From: Alkaliphilus sp. NP8
Lineage (GTDB): Bacteria > Bacillota > Clostridia > Peptostreptococcales > Natronincolaceae
NCBI GenBank assembly: GCA_015978205.1
Contig: JADWMM010000001.1
Span: 143,465 to 175,464 of the forward strand
Length of the DNA: 32,000 bases
Direction of reading: 5' to 3'
Within the stretch, counting starts at the first letter, position 1; the number at the start of each line of letters is the position of its first letter. Below, one piece after another: positions 18,111 through 26,659 of the stretch. A program made the position numbers and the translations under genes. The notes under the pieces were generated by a model, which was given only the letters and a program-made list of their open reading frames with translations, was not told the DNA's origin and made no database searches.

Positions 18111-18869
18111 TTAGCTCTCCCCTTTTTCAATCTGTTTTTTACTATATATACTATATATTTCATCTGTATACTCACCATTTTCCTTGTACACATATAAAGG
18201 ATCTAGTATTTTAAGCTCTGGTTTAGCACATTTCACACATTCTATTAGAATAAGGTTTGGCTTTTTATTATATGTAGGATGTACAAACTTAAGTTTTTTA
18301 GGTTCTAATTTATACTGTCTCAAGTAAACCATAATATCTGCTAGTCGAATAGGTCTGTGAACCATAAAAAATCTTCCGTTATGTTTTAAAAGTCTGGAAG
18401 CTGTCCTTACAACATCTTCTAAACTACACTTTACCTCATGACGAGATATAGCCTTTTTGTCGTCTATATTTATATTCCCATCTGGATACATATATGGTGG
18501 ATTTGATGTTACAACATCATATTTATTTATATCTAAATATTCTTCTGTATTGTTTAAATCTATATTTAGTATTTCAATTCTATCCTCTAGTTTGTTTAGC
18601 TTAATACTTCGATTTGCCATATTTGCTACTTCTGACTGAATTTCAACACCGCTAATATGACTAGTTTTACTTTTTCCTGCTAGTAATATGGGTATTATAC
18701 CTGTTCCACTTCCTAAATCAACTATTTGTGCATTTTTCTTTAAACTAACAAAGTTAGCAAGTAAAACTGCATCTATACTAAAGCAAAACCCTTTTGGATT
18801 TTGAATTATCTTTAGGTTATTTAACTGCAGATCATCTACTCGTTCATGTTCATAAACTAAATCTGTCAT
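18111..18869 (-). CDS. SAM-dependent N6-adenine methyltransferase, YabB/TrmN6-like (tRNA m6A37 family)
   Basis: 252 aa. Contains VDLGSGTGIIPILLA (SAM motif I) and SNPPYM (the NPPY catalytic motif). It abuts rsmI with no gap, as with yabB-yabC in Bacillus. Confidence 0.8.
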   Translation of the reverse strand: MTDLVYEHERVDDLQLNNLKIIQNPKGFCFSIDAVLLANFVSLKKNAQIVDLGSGTGIIPILLAGKSKTSHISGVEIQSEVANMANRSIKLNKLEDRIEILNIDLNNTEEYLDINKYDVVTSNPPYMYPDGNINIDDKKAISRHEVKCSLEDVVRTASRLLKHNGRFFMVHRPIRLADIMVYLRQYKLEPKKLKFVHPTYNKKPNLILIECVKCAKPELKILDPLYVYKENGEYTDEIYSIYSKKQIEKGES

Positions 18870-19194
18870 TCTAATTCTCCTCGTCCTTTGCTTTTCCGTT
18901 AACTATTAATTGTTATTTCCCTTATTATATCACTTTTTGCAAGGTATATTATACAATTCTATATAAGAACTTTGAGAAAATAGTTTCAATCACTTAATTT
19001 ATATTCCAGCGCATAATTAAAAGTATCTATAGATTAGCATGTATTTATAGATAAACACAATTATGCAAAAACTATTTCCTGTTATACTATAATTATGTAG
19101 TGTATACACTTTATAAAATATAAAATCGATTTTAATAAAATACCGGATATTATTATTTTTAATATATCAAGTATAATTAAGGAGAGATGTTAAA

Positions 19195-20364
19195 ATGGCA
19201 AAGATTAAAAATAATCTTATAATCATGTTGCTAGCAGCTGTTGCTGTAGGAATCGGATTAGGTCTTGTAGCAAATCAAAGTATTATAGGTGTTATTATGA
19301 CCATTAAACACATTGTAGGTCAATTTATATTTTTCTGTGTTCCGTTAATAATAATTGGATTTATTACTCCATCTATTACAAAACTTAAGTCTGATGCTAG
19401 TAAAATGCTAGGAAGTATATTATTAATAGCTTACTCTTCATCAGTAGGTGCAGCACTATTTTCAGCAATATCAGGTTACATAATTGTTCCAGGATTGAAT
19501 ATTGTATCAAGCTCACAAGGAGCTAAAGAACTACCAGACTTAATATTTCAACTAGATATTCCACAAATTATACCAGTAATGTCTGCACTAGTATTTTCTA
19601 TAGTAATGGGTTTAACTATTATATGGACTGATTCAAAAAAAATAGAAGGTATTTTCAATGAGTTTAACAATATAATGATGTCAGTTGTAAAAAAGATGAT
19701 TATACCAATTCTTCCTTTATTTATAGCTACAACTTTTGCAGGTTTAGCCTATAAAGGTGATATAATTACACAACTACCAATATTTATTAGTGTTATTCTG
19801 ATTGTTATAGTAGGACATATAATTTGGTTAGCTCTTTTATACTCAATAGGTGGTATTATTTCTAAGCAAAACCCAAAAGAAGTAATCAAGCATTATGGAC
19901 CTACTTACCTAACAGCAATAGGTACTATGTCATCAGCAGCAACTTTACCTGTGGCTTTAGACTGCGCCAAAAAGTCATCAGTATTAGATGAAGAAATAAT
20001 AGATTTTGCTATTCCTATGTGTTCTACAATACATCTTTGTGGATCTGTACTTACAGAAGTATTTTTCATAATGACAGTATCGCAAATATTATATGGTTCA
20101 TTACCAACTTTTACTAATATGATTATATTTATCCTACTATTAGGTATATTTGCAATAGGTGCACCAGGAGTTCCTGGTGGTACCGTTATGGCTTCATTAG
20201 GACTCATAACAGGAGTGCTTGGTTTTGATGCATCAGGGGTAGCTTTAATGTTAACTATATTTGCCCTTCAAGATAGCTTTGGAACAGCATGTAATATGGT
20301 TGGAGATGGTGCTATAACATTGATATTAACAGGCCTATATAAAAAAGAAAAGGCTAAAGCATAA
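19195..20364 (+). CDS. Dicarboxylate/amino acid:cation symporter (DAACS) family transporter, SstT-sized
   Basis: 389 aa polytopic protein. Contains GTMSSAATLPVAL, GAPGVPGGTVMA and NMVGDGA, motifs of the re-entrant hairpins of the GltP/SstT family. RBS is TAAGGAGAG. Confidence 0.8.
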   Translation: MAKIKNNLIIMLLAAVAVGIGLGLVANQSIIGVIMTIKHIVGQFIFFCVPLIIIGFITPSITKLKSDASKMLGSILLIAYSSSVGAALFSAISGYIIVPGLNIVSSSQGAKELPDLIFQLDIPQIIPVMSALVFSIVMGLTIIWTDSKKIEGIFNEFNNIMMSVVKKMIIPILPLFIATTFAGLAYKGDIITQLPIFISVILIVIVGHIIWLALLYSIGGIISKQNPKEVIKHYGPTYLTAIGTMSSAATLPVALDCAKKSSVLDEEIIDFAIPMCSTIHLCGSVLTEVFFIMTVSQILYGSLPTFTNMIIFILLLGIFAIGAPGVPGGTVMASLGLITGVLGFDASGVALMLTIFALQDSFGTACNMVGDGAITLILTGLYKKEKAKA

Positions 20365-20403
20365 TTCTATATAGATTCAGTATAATTTGAATTCTATACA
20401 TAA

Positions 20404-20453
20404 AAAAGACAAGGTATATATGGAAGCTCACCATATTAATTCCTTGTCTTCTT
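20404..20453. terminator. Compound hairpin between convergent genes
   Basis: AAGACAAGG-TAT-ATATGG-AAGCTCA-CCATAT-TAATT-CCTTGTCTT with flanking A and T runs. Confidence 0.45.
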
Positions 20454-20465
20454 TGTTACTGCAAA

Positions 20466-21485
20466 TTAATTACTTTTTTTATTTTTTGGGTGTTCATCAA
20501 ATACTGGATGTTCCTTTTTATTATCTTTAAATTTTTCTTTTTCTACTTTCTTGTCTTTATCTTTATTTTTACTGTTATCGTTACCTGGGTGTTTATCAAA
20601 TACTGGATGTTCTTTTTCTTTTCTATCCTTTGGGTGCTCTTTAAACACTGGATGTTCTTTTTCTTCTTGTTTATCTTTATCTTTATTTTTATTGTTACTT
20701 GGATGCTCTTCAAACACTGGGTGGTCTTTCTTAGTTTTTTCTATAAGTTCTTTTACACTTGTATTTTTGAATTCTTTAATATCTAGAGCCTCATTATCTT
20801 TTTCTACATTTTTAGCATTTTTATACATTTCCATTTTACCTACTGAAACATTTTCTTTTCTTGCTGCATCTAACATTTCCTTGTTTGACTCTATTGTAAC
20901 GACTTCAATATCTTGATTTCGATTTTTTGAATCATTTTCTATTTTTATTTTACCTTGTGCTAAAAATTGTTCTAAAGACTTACTTTCTTCACTGTTATTC
21001 TTTAACTGTACAGATGTTACTACTACATAATTTTTCTCTGTTGACTTAATATATCCTTCATTTTCTGTCATTTGTATAAGCTGATCTAAAGCATCAACTA
21101 ATGGTTTGTTCTTCAGTTCATGTAGGGGAAGATTAGTAGCATCTTCATTAATAGGCAATGCTTTTATTACTTTATGATTTTTATTAAGTTCTATTTCAAC
21201 ACTTGGGTTTATATCTACAGATACTAATGCTATTGCCTGATAATTTGTATTCCAAAAACTTATCCCATATATAGACGTAAATACTAACAAAAATATAGCA
21301 GCTGCAACAGTAGAAATACTATTTAATGATGATTTTTTATTTTTTATAACATCTTGCTTTTCAAAGTATACTTCCATGCCTTCTTCTAAGCCTTCAAACT
21401 TTTTTATTTTTTCAAATGTATTATTTTCTGTCATTACAACTATGTTTTTGTCATTGACTTTTATTACACTACCTCTATAGATCAT
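20466..21485 (-). CDS. rsgI: Anti-sigma-I factor RsgI-like protein with C-terminal HPVF-xx-HP repeat tail
   Basis: 339 aa. The N-terminal domain is MIYRGSVIKVNDKNIVVMTENNTFEKIKK...GMEVYF (RsgI N-domain pattern). The single TM is ISTVAAAIFLLVFTSIYGISFW. The juxtamembrane region has VSVDINPSVEIELNKNHKVIKALPINEDA, typical of RsgI. It forms an ATGA overlap with sigI. Confidence 0.75.
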   Translation of the reverse strand: MIYRGSVIKVNDKNIVVMTENNTFEKIKKFEGLEEGMEVYFEKQDVIKNKKSSLNSISTVAAAIFLLVFTSIYGISFWNTNYQAIALVSVDINPSVEIELNKNHKVIKALPINEDATNLPLHELKNKPLVDALDQLIQMTENEGYIKSTEKNYVVVTSVQLKNNSEESKSLEQFLAQGKIKIENDSKNRNQDIEVVTIESNKEMLDAARKENVSVGKMEMYKNAKNVEKDNEALDIKEFKNTSVKELIEKTKKDHPVFEEHPSNNKNKDKDKQEEKEHPVFKEHPKDRKEKEHPVFDKHPGNDNSKNKDKDKKVEKEKFKDNKKEHPVFDEHPKNKKSN

Positions 21486-22222
21486 TTTATTTCCCTCCTC
21501 TCATCATGAGAGATATATTCCTTCAATGTATCTAAGTCACTGTCAAGAATTAATATAATAGCTATAATAAATTTTCTACTTCTCTGTACTACCTTTTTTG
21601 AAATATTTAAATCCTTCATTAATTGACCAGTAGGTAGATTTTTGGTTTTTAAGAACTTTTCTTTTAAATGAAGATTTTCAAATACATATGTTCCAATATC
21701 AATTGCTTTATCCCTAGTATCTTTATGCTTTGGTCCATTATTAACTAAATCTTTTAAAGAAACCCCATACTCCTGCATATTATGAACTAAAGTTTTAATA
21801 TCTAATTTAGTTTCGATTTCAGACTCAAAACCTTCTATAGCCATAATACTTTCAGCGTAATTGTAATTATCATTATCATCATCAGATTGTAGTTGACTAA
21901 TATAAACCTCGTTAGATCTTCTAGAATCACTCCGAAGCTGATCTATCATTCGACTTTTTATAACCATAGATGAAAAGGTTAAAAAATTCCCCTTTTTTTC
22001 ATTATATTTTTCTATAGCTTCATTAAAAGCTACTAACCCTATACTAAAAGCTTCATCTTCTGCTTCAATGTATCTTTTTAACTGATTACTAAGGACTTTT
22101 TTAATAAATGGCATATATTCCTGAATTAAATTATTTCTATCTTCTTCGTTTCCTGACTGTATGTCTTTAACCCTTTCTTCTAGTGTCTTCTTTTTCTTAA
22201 AAATACTGAGAAGTTTTGTCAC
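21482..22222 (-). CDS. sigI: RNA polymerase sigma factor SigI
   Basis: 246 aa with a GTG start 9 nt after AGAGGAGG. TLEERVKDIQSGNEEDRNNLIQEYMPFIKKV...AFSIGLVAFNEAIEKYNEKKGNFLTFSSMVIKSRMIDQLR closely parallels B. subtilis SigI as I recall it. Confidence 0.8.
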   Translation of the reverse strand: MTKLLSIFKKKKTLEERVKDIQSGNEEDRNNLIQEYMPFIKKVLSNQLKRYIEAEDEAFSIGLVAFNEAIEKYNEKKGNFLTFSSMVIKSRMIDQLRSDSRRSNEVYISQLQSDDDNDNYNYAESIMAIEGFESEIETKLDIKTLVHNMQEYGVSLKDLVNNGPKHKDTRDKAIDIGTYVFENLHLKEKFLKTKNLPTGQLMKDLNISKKVVQRSRKFIIAIILILDSDLDTLKEYISHDERREIK

Positions 22223-22449
22223 CCGGGATCGCCTCCTCTTTATATATTACGATTTAAAATCAATTTTTAAAGTTCTTCTTTATATGGAAATTTAATATAT
22301 ATATGTATCTAATATCAAATTTAATAAAAATACACATTATTATGGTTCTACATCTGGATAATCATAACAATTCATTCAAATAAAAAATTCATCTATTGAT
22401 AGTTACAACTATATCATAATAAGATATTGATTTTCTATTATTGTTTACA

Positions 22450-22485
22450 TAAAAAAAACAAACTATATCTAATGACATAGTTTGT
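22450..22485 (-). terminator. Terminator after the UppS-family gene
   Basis: Minus strand reads ACAAACTAT-GTCATTAGAT-ATAGTTTGT followed by TTTTTTTT. Confidence 0.55.
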
Positions 22486-22504
22486 GCTGACTCTAACCTT
22501 AAAG

Positions 22505-23146
22505 TTATCCTCCTAAAGTAATATCCTGTTCATTGTACCAATTCAATGCTTCATGAAAATGATCTGTTTTAAAGTCTGGCCAATAATCATCTACTACATA
22601 AAAGTCTGAATAAATTGATTGAACTGGCAGAAAACCACTTAACCGTCTTCTTCCACCCCAACGTATTATAAGATCTATTCTTGAAACATCATTAGTCTCT
22701 ATTTGGTTATTTATGTTATTACTTTTAGACTTAGAGTTTTTTAAATAGTTTAGATCCCATTTCCAGCTATAATTAACTAATAAGTTAACCTTTATTCCTC
22801 CCTTACCACAGGTTTTCCTAGTTGTATAAGGTAGTAATTCTTTTGGAAACAAGGGAGACTCGGTATTTCCAAGTACAAGAATATCTGCATCTTCTTTTGA
22901 AAGCAATTCTACAGAATTAACACATGCATCTGAAAAAGCTTTTATCTGATCTTTTGGTCTCTTTGTATTATCTACAGTAAATCCATAATATGTAAGTTCC
23001 TTAACTCCTGCTTTTTTACATAAATTAAAAAGTAAACGGCCTGGATCTATTCCACATCTATATCCTTCTGATCTAGATAACCCATTGTTTTGGGCCCATC
23101 TTCTATTACCATCTGGTATTACTCCTACATGATTTGGTATTCTCAT
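22505..23146 (-). CDS. Short, divergent cis-prenyltransferase (undecaprenyl-diphosphate synthase family) paralog
   Basis: 213 aa. Contains HVGVIPDGNRRWA (the DGNRRW catalytic-Asp motif), YGFTVDNTKRP (in place of the usual YAFSSENWNRP), IRWGGRRRLSGFLPVQ (usual IRTGGExRISNFLLWQ) and WPDF. It is monocistronic, with its own terminator. Confidence 0.75.
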   Translation of the reverse strand: MRIPNHVGVIPDGNRRWAQNNGLSRSEGYRCGIDPGRLLFNLCKKAGVKELTYYGFTVDNTKRPKDQIKAFSDACVNSVELLSKEDADILVLGNTESPLFPKELLPYTTRKTCGKGGIKVNLLVNYSWKWDLNYLKNSKSKSNNINNQIETNDVSRIDLIIRWGGRRRLSGFLPVQSIYSDFYVVDDYWPDFKTDHFHEALNWYNEQDITLGG

Positions 23147-23243
23147 TTAACTCACCGCTTTCTACAAATACTTTTTATGTATTATTAACGGTTTTTTAAA
23201 AGTTAATCATATAATATAGAATTATTCCATATGTGGGTATTAA

Positions 23244-23813
23244 TTAATATTTGAATATAACCCCTACAAATGCTGCAGCTACTAGGTATAAGATAGGATG
23301 TTTTTTGTATTTATTTAATAAATAAATAATAGCACAAAATAATATAATAGCCTTAATATCTAATATAGATAAAAGATTATTAGTAGCTTTATTATATTTT
23401 TCCATGTTTAATAAAGTAGTTCTTGCAACTTCAAAGCCTACTGTCGCAATTAATCCTGTAACAGCTGGCCTTATTCCAGAAAATGCGGACTTTACAATGC
23501 TAGTTTCACTAAATTTTGCAAAATAATGTGCGATTATTAATATTATTATTATAGATGGAGCTATAACTCCAATAGTTGCTATTATACCTCCGAATATTCC
23601 TGCTGTTGTATTCCCTGCAAATGTGGCTGCATTTACTCCTATAGGTCCTGGAGTAGACTCTGAAACTGCTATCATATCTAGAATTTGCTCTTGAGTTATC
23701 CATCCATAATTCTTTGATAGCTCTTGAATAAAAGGAATAGCTGCTAATCCTCCACCTATTGCAAATAATCCTATTTTAAAAAATTCTAGAAACAATGTTA
23801 AATAAATCATCAT
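23244..23813 (-). CDS. chrA: Chromate transporter (CHR) family half-protein, second subunit
   Basis: 189 aa. Contains FKIGLFAIGGGLAAIPFIQ...GWITQEQILDMIAVSESTPGPIG. It forms an ATGA overlap with the upstream half-gene. Confidence 0.8.
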   Translation of the reverse strand: MMIYLTLFLEFFKIGLFAIGGGLAAIPFIQELSKNYGWITQEQILDMIAVSESTPGPIGVNAATFAGNTTAGIFGGIIATIGVIAPSIIIILIIAHYFAKFSETSIVKSAFSGIRPAVTGLIATVGFEVARTTLLNMEKYNKATNNLLSILDIKAIILFCAIIYLLNKYKKHPILYLVAAAFVGVIFKY

Positions 23814-24361
23814 CCATCAATCTCCTTAAACCTATCATTGTGACCTTTAAACATACCTACTAATGCAGCTATTATTATTACGATAACTGGGGATATATCT
23901 AAAAATGCTATTAATATAAAAGCAGCTATAAATAAACTTATTCCCAGCCAATCTTTTATGGACTTTTTATACATTTTATATACTGTGTTTAAAATTAATG
24001 CTACTACGGCTACTCTTATTCCTCCTAAGGCATGTTGTACAATTTCATATTCTTGAAAGTGTTGAAAAAATGTTGATATTATAGTTATTATTATTATTGA
24101 TGGAAGAACAACCCCTGTTGTTGCAACTATTCCACCTATAATCCCTTTTCTTTTATATCCTATAAATGTTGCTGTATTTACAGCAATAACTCCAGGTGTA
24201 GACTGACCAATCGCAAAGCAGTCTAATATTTCATCCTCAGTTAACCAACCTTTTTTATCTACTACTTCTTCTTGTATAATTGGAAGCATAGCATAACCAC
24301 CGCCGAAAGTAAAAGCTCCTATACGAAAAAATATAGTAAATAGCTCCCAAAGAACGCTCAT
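23810..24361 (-). CDS. chrA: Chromate transporter (CHR) family half-protein, first subunit
   Basis: 183 aa. Contains FRIGAFTFGGGYAMLPIIQEEVVDKKGWLTEDEILDCFAIGQSTPGVIA. The short-CHR pair arrangement resembles B. subtilis ywrA/ywrB. Confidence 0.8.
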   Translation of the reverse strand: MSVLWELFTIFFRIGAFTFGGGYAMLPIIQEEVVDKKGWLTEDEILDCFAIGQSTPGVIAVNTATFIGYKRKGIIGGIVATTGVVLPSIIIITIISTFFQHFQEYEIVQHALGGIRVAVVALILNTVYKMYKKSIKDWLGISLFIAAFILIAFLDISPVIVIIIAALVGMFKGHNDRFKEIDG

Positions 24362-24471
24362 AAAATTCCTCCTAAAATATTGTCTATGTTAAATTATACT
24401 ATATGTACTTATATTATTCTAATATTATTCGGATATTATTATGGTTTACTATTAAGCTCTTCTTTAATACG

Positions 24472-24507
24472 AAAAAGACCTAGTTCAAATTATGAACTAA
24501 GTCTTTT
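24472..24507 (-). terminator. Terminator after the reductase gene (copy 1 of a repeated hairpin)
   Basis: AAGACCTAGTTCA-AATTA-TGAACTAAGTCTT has one mismatch. On the minus strand it is followed by TTTTTC. Confidence 0.6.
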
Positions 24508-24525
24508 GGTTATTGTATTATATTA

Positions 24526-26346
24526 TTATTTTCCAGCCGCAGCACTTTCTCCTGCTATTCTACCAAATACTGCTATATCAGCTAAAGCGTTTCCACCTAA
24601 ACGATTAGCACCATGGATGCCACCTGTAACTTCACCAGCTGCATATAATCCTGGTATTATATTACCATCTTTATCTAAAACTTGAGCATCAGTATTAATT
24701 TCAATTCCACCCATTGTATGGTGAACTGTAGGAACACGTCCACCTGCATAGAATGGTGCTGTATCTATCTTTTGATCAAACAATGTTCTTCCAAATTCAT
24801 CTGACTCATTGTTCTCAACAGCTTCATTAAATTTCTCTACAGCTTTAACTAAGTTTTCAGGATTAACACCAATTTTTTCTGCAAGCTCCTCTAAAGTATC
24901 GCCTTTATAAGCTCTTCCTTGTTCAATTAATTCATCTATAGATTCATTAAAGTTATTCTTTGTATCTCCAGTTGGATAAGAATGCTTATCAAGAACTATC
25001 CACATAAATGCATCTTCTTGTTCCATAAGAGCTTTAGTCATAACATCTCTTCTTTCACCTTCGTCTACAAAACGATTACCATCTTTATTAACAAATATTC
25101 TATTTTCAACACCTTGTTCAATATTACCACTAAGACTTCCTGTTTCAGGATCTCCCATTGGAAGAAGCTGTATATCTTCTAAGCCAACTAAACTTGCATT
25201 AACTTGTTCTGCTAAAATTATTCCATCTCCTGTTGCGCCAGTATGATTTGTAGTTTTAATATTAGTAAGTGCAGGCCAAGTTTGATTGTACTCATCTCTC
25301 ATTTCTACATTTGATCCAAAACCACCAGCTGCAATAACTACACCATTATTTGCATTAATTATAACCTCACCATTTAAACCTTGTGCTTTAATTCCAACAA
25401 CCTTATCATTGTTCACAATAAGCTCAGTTACTTCTGTATCTACTAATACTTCGATTCCATCATTTTCATTAATATAATTTTCATAAGTATTTATATAACC
25501 TGTACCTAAAGGTTCTACTGGCTTATGAGCTCTTGGCCATAATCCTCCTAGAACAGTAAAGACTTCATCCTTAAATTCCATTCCCATACTTTCAAGCCAC
25601 TCAATAGCAGGATAAGCTCCTTCTACAAGAGCTCTAATAAGATCAGTATTACCTTCTTTATCTCCACCCTCATAGGTTTGTTTAAAGTGTTTATCAATAG
25701 AATCTTCTATACCTTGTTTTTCTTGTCTTCCAGGATCCACTGCATTATAAGCTGATCCTGATATTAGGGTATTTCCACCAACCTGTGGCATTTTTTCAGC
25801 GACTATAACTTCCGCTCCATTCTGATGTGCAGATACTGCTGCTGCAAGTCCTGCTCCCCCTCCACCAATTACTACAACATCGGTGGTATACTCAGCTGTT
25901 TCACTAGTAGTTTTCTCTCTTGCTTTTTTCACACTTAGTGCATCAATATCCCCATCCGCTTGCTTTAAAGCTTCCGTTACTGCTGCTATTATTGCTTCAC
26001 TTGTAACTGTGGCACCTGAGATAGTATCAACTGCTAATGTTTGGTCAGCTACAATTGATTGAGGAATTCTTTCTATAGCTGGATCTGATATACTTGGACT
26101 TTCATTATGTTCTAAAATTTCCACTTTGGTAATTGATGTATCGTCTACTATAACTTCTACTTTTATATCTCCATTATGTCCTGTAGCAGTTGCTGTATAA
26201 TTACCAGCTTTAAACATGTTTGTCTCTGCTGTATTTGCAGAATCTGTAGTATCTGTAGGCGTAGACTGACAACCAATCATAGATAAAACTAGCATGATAC
26301 TTAGTATTGCACAAATTATCTTTTTAGATATTTTTACTTTTTTCAT
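24526..26346 (-). CDS. Extracytosolic lipoprotein reductase: FMN-bind domain plus FAD-dependent flavocytochrome-c/fumarate-reductase-like domain
   Basis: Start placed at MKKVKISKK (ATG 26346..26344), using the GGAGGG contained in the track's MEGLI extension. The lipobox is LSMIGC. The FMN-bind domain carries the flavinylation-type motif DTISGATVTS. The FAD dinucleotide fold is VVVIGGGGAGLAAAV. The C-terminus has HHTMGGIEIN and GANRLGGNALAD. Confidence 0.85.
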   Translation of the reverse strand: MKKVKISKKIICAILSIMLVLSMIGCQSTPTDTTDSANTAETNMFKAGNYTATATGHNGDIKVEVIVDDTSITKVEILEHNESPSISDPAIERIPQSIVADQTLAVDTISGATVTSEAIIAAVTEALKQADGDIDALSVKKAREKTTSETAEYTTDVVVIGGGGAGLAAAVSAHQNGAEVIVAEKMPQVGGNTLISGSAYNAVDPGRQEKQGIEDSIDKHFKQTYEGGDKEGNTDLIRALVEGAYPAIEWLESMGMEFKDEVFTVLGGLWPRAHKPVEPLGTGYINTYENYINENDGIEVLVDTEVTELIVNNDKVVGIKAQGLNGEVIINANNGVVIAAGGFGSNVEMRDEYNQTWPALTNIKTTNHTGATGDGIILAEQVNASLVGLEDIQLLPMGDPETGSLSGNIEQGVENRIFVNKDGNRFVDEGERRDVMTKALMEQEDAFMWIVLDKHSYPTGDTKNNFNESIDELIEQGRAYKGDTLEELAEKIGVNPENLVKAVEKFNEAVENNESDEFGRTLFDQKIDTAPFYAGGRVPTVHHTMGGIEINTDAQVLDKDGNIIPGLYAAGEVTGGIHGANRLGGNALADIAVFGRIAGESAAAGK

Positions 26347-26496
26347 TATTAATCCCTCCATTTGTTTGTTATATATCTAACATTGTTTTTTAAATATATG
26401 TAGTTGAATTTATTATAGAAATATAGTTTAACATCACACCTTTCTATACTTGTACAGCTCTAAAATCGTCAGGCGCCTTTGACATCTAGAATTATA

Positions 26497-26551
26497 AGAA
26501 TGTATTCAAATTATATTGTCATTTAATAGAATGTATTCACTGAATACGTTC
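26497..26551. promoter_or_regulatory. Candidate operator: two copies of AGAATGTATTCA, the second forming a 23-bp near-palindrome
   Basis: AGAATGTATTCA occurs at 26497..26508 and 26528..26539. GAATGTATTCA-C-TGAATACGTTC (26529..26551) has 11-nt arms with one mismatch. The motif lies in the divergent reductase/tetR intergenic region. Confidence 0.4.
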
Positions 26552-26594
26552 ATTATATAAAATTGTTATTTATTAGTCAATAAGTTTTTGAAAT

Positions 26595-26622
26595 TTGCTT
26601 TAATTTCTGAGTCTGATATAAT
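26595..26622 (+). promoter_or_regulatory. Promoter for the TetR-family gene with extended -10
   Basis: TTGCTT - 16 nt - TATAAT, with TGA immediately upstream of the -10 (TGATATAAT). Confidence 0.45.
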
Positions 26623-26659
26623 TTTTATAGTGATTATTAACAAATAGGAGACTTTAATT

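Noticed and set aside
17239-20207. ORFs 17239..17493 (+), 18457..18639 (+) and 19905..20207 (-)
   Set aside because: Each lies antisense within a confidently identified gene (rsmI, the yabB-like methyltransferase, the DAACS transporter) and lacks an RBS.
20490-20916. Plus-strand ORFs 20490..20786 and 20551..20916 with striking repetitive F/L/S-rich translations
   Set aside because: Their repetitiveness is the antisense image of the HPVF/K-rich repeats in rsgI. The minus-strand frame has the RsgI domains and is translationally coupled to sigI.
22223-22330. SigI-type autoregulatory promoter upstream of sigI
   Set aside because: I found a CGTA element (the -10-like CGWA) near 22248. There is no C-rich -35 element at the appropriate distance, and it would leave almost no leader before the RBS. 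A SigA-like TTGATA-17-TTAAAT further upstream is equally weak evidence. No call made.
23509-23703. Minus-strand ORF 23509..23703 (64 aa, R/N/S/Y-rich)
   Set aside because: It is an alternative frame inside the second chromate-transporter gene, with a compositionally implausible translation and no RBS.
24380-25477. Plus-strand ORFs 24380..24685, 24982..25182 and 25286..25477, and the MEGLI extension of the reductase (26347..26361)
   Set aside because: The ORFs are antisense to the reductase gene. The extension's GGAGGG codons are better explained as the Shine-Dalgarno for ATG 26346, which begins a canonical lipoprotein signal peptide.
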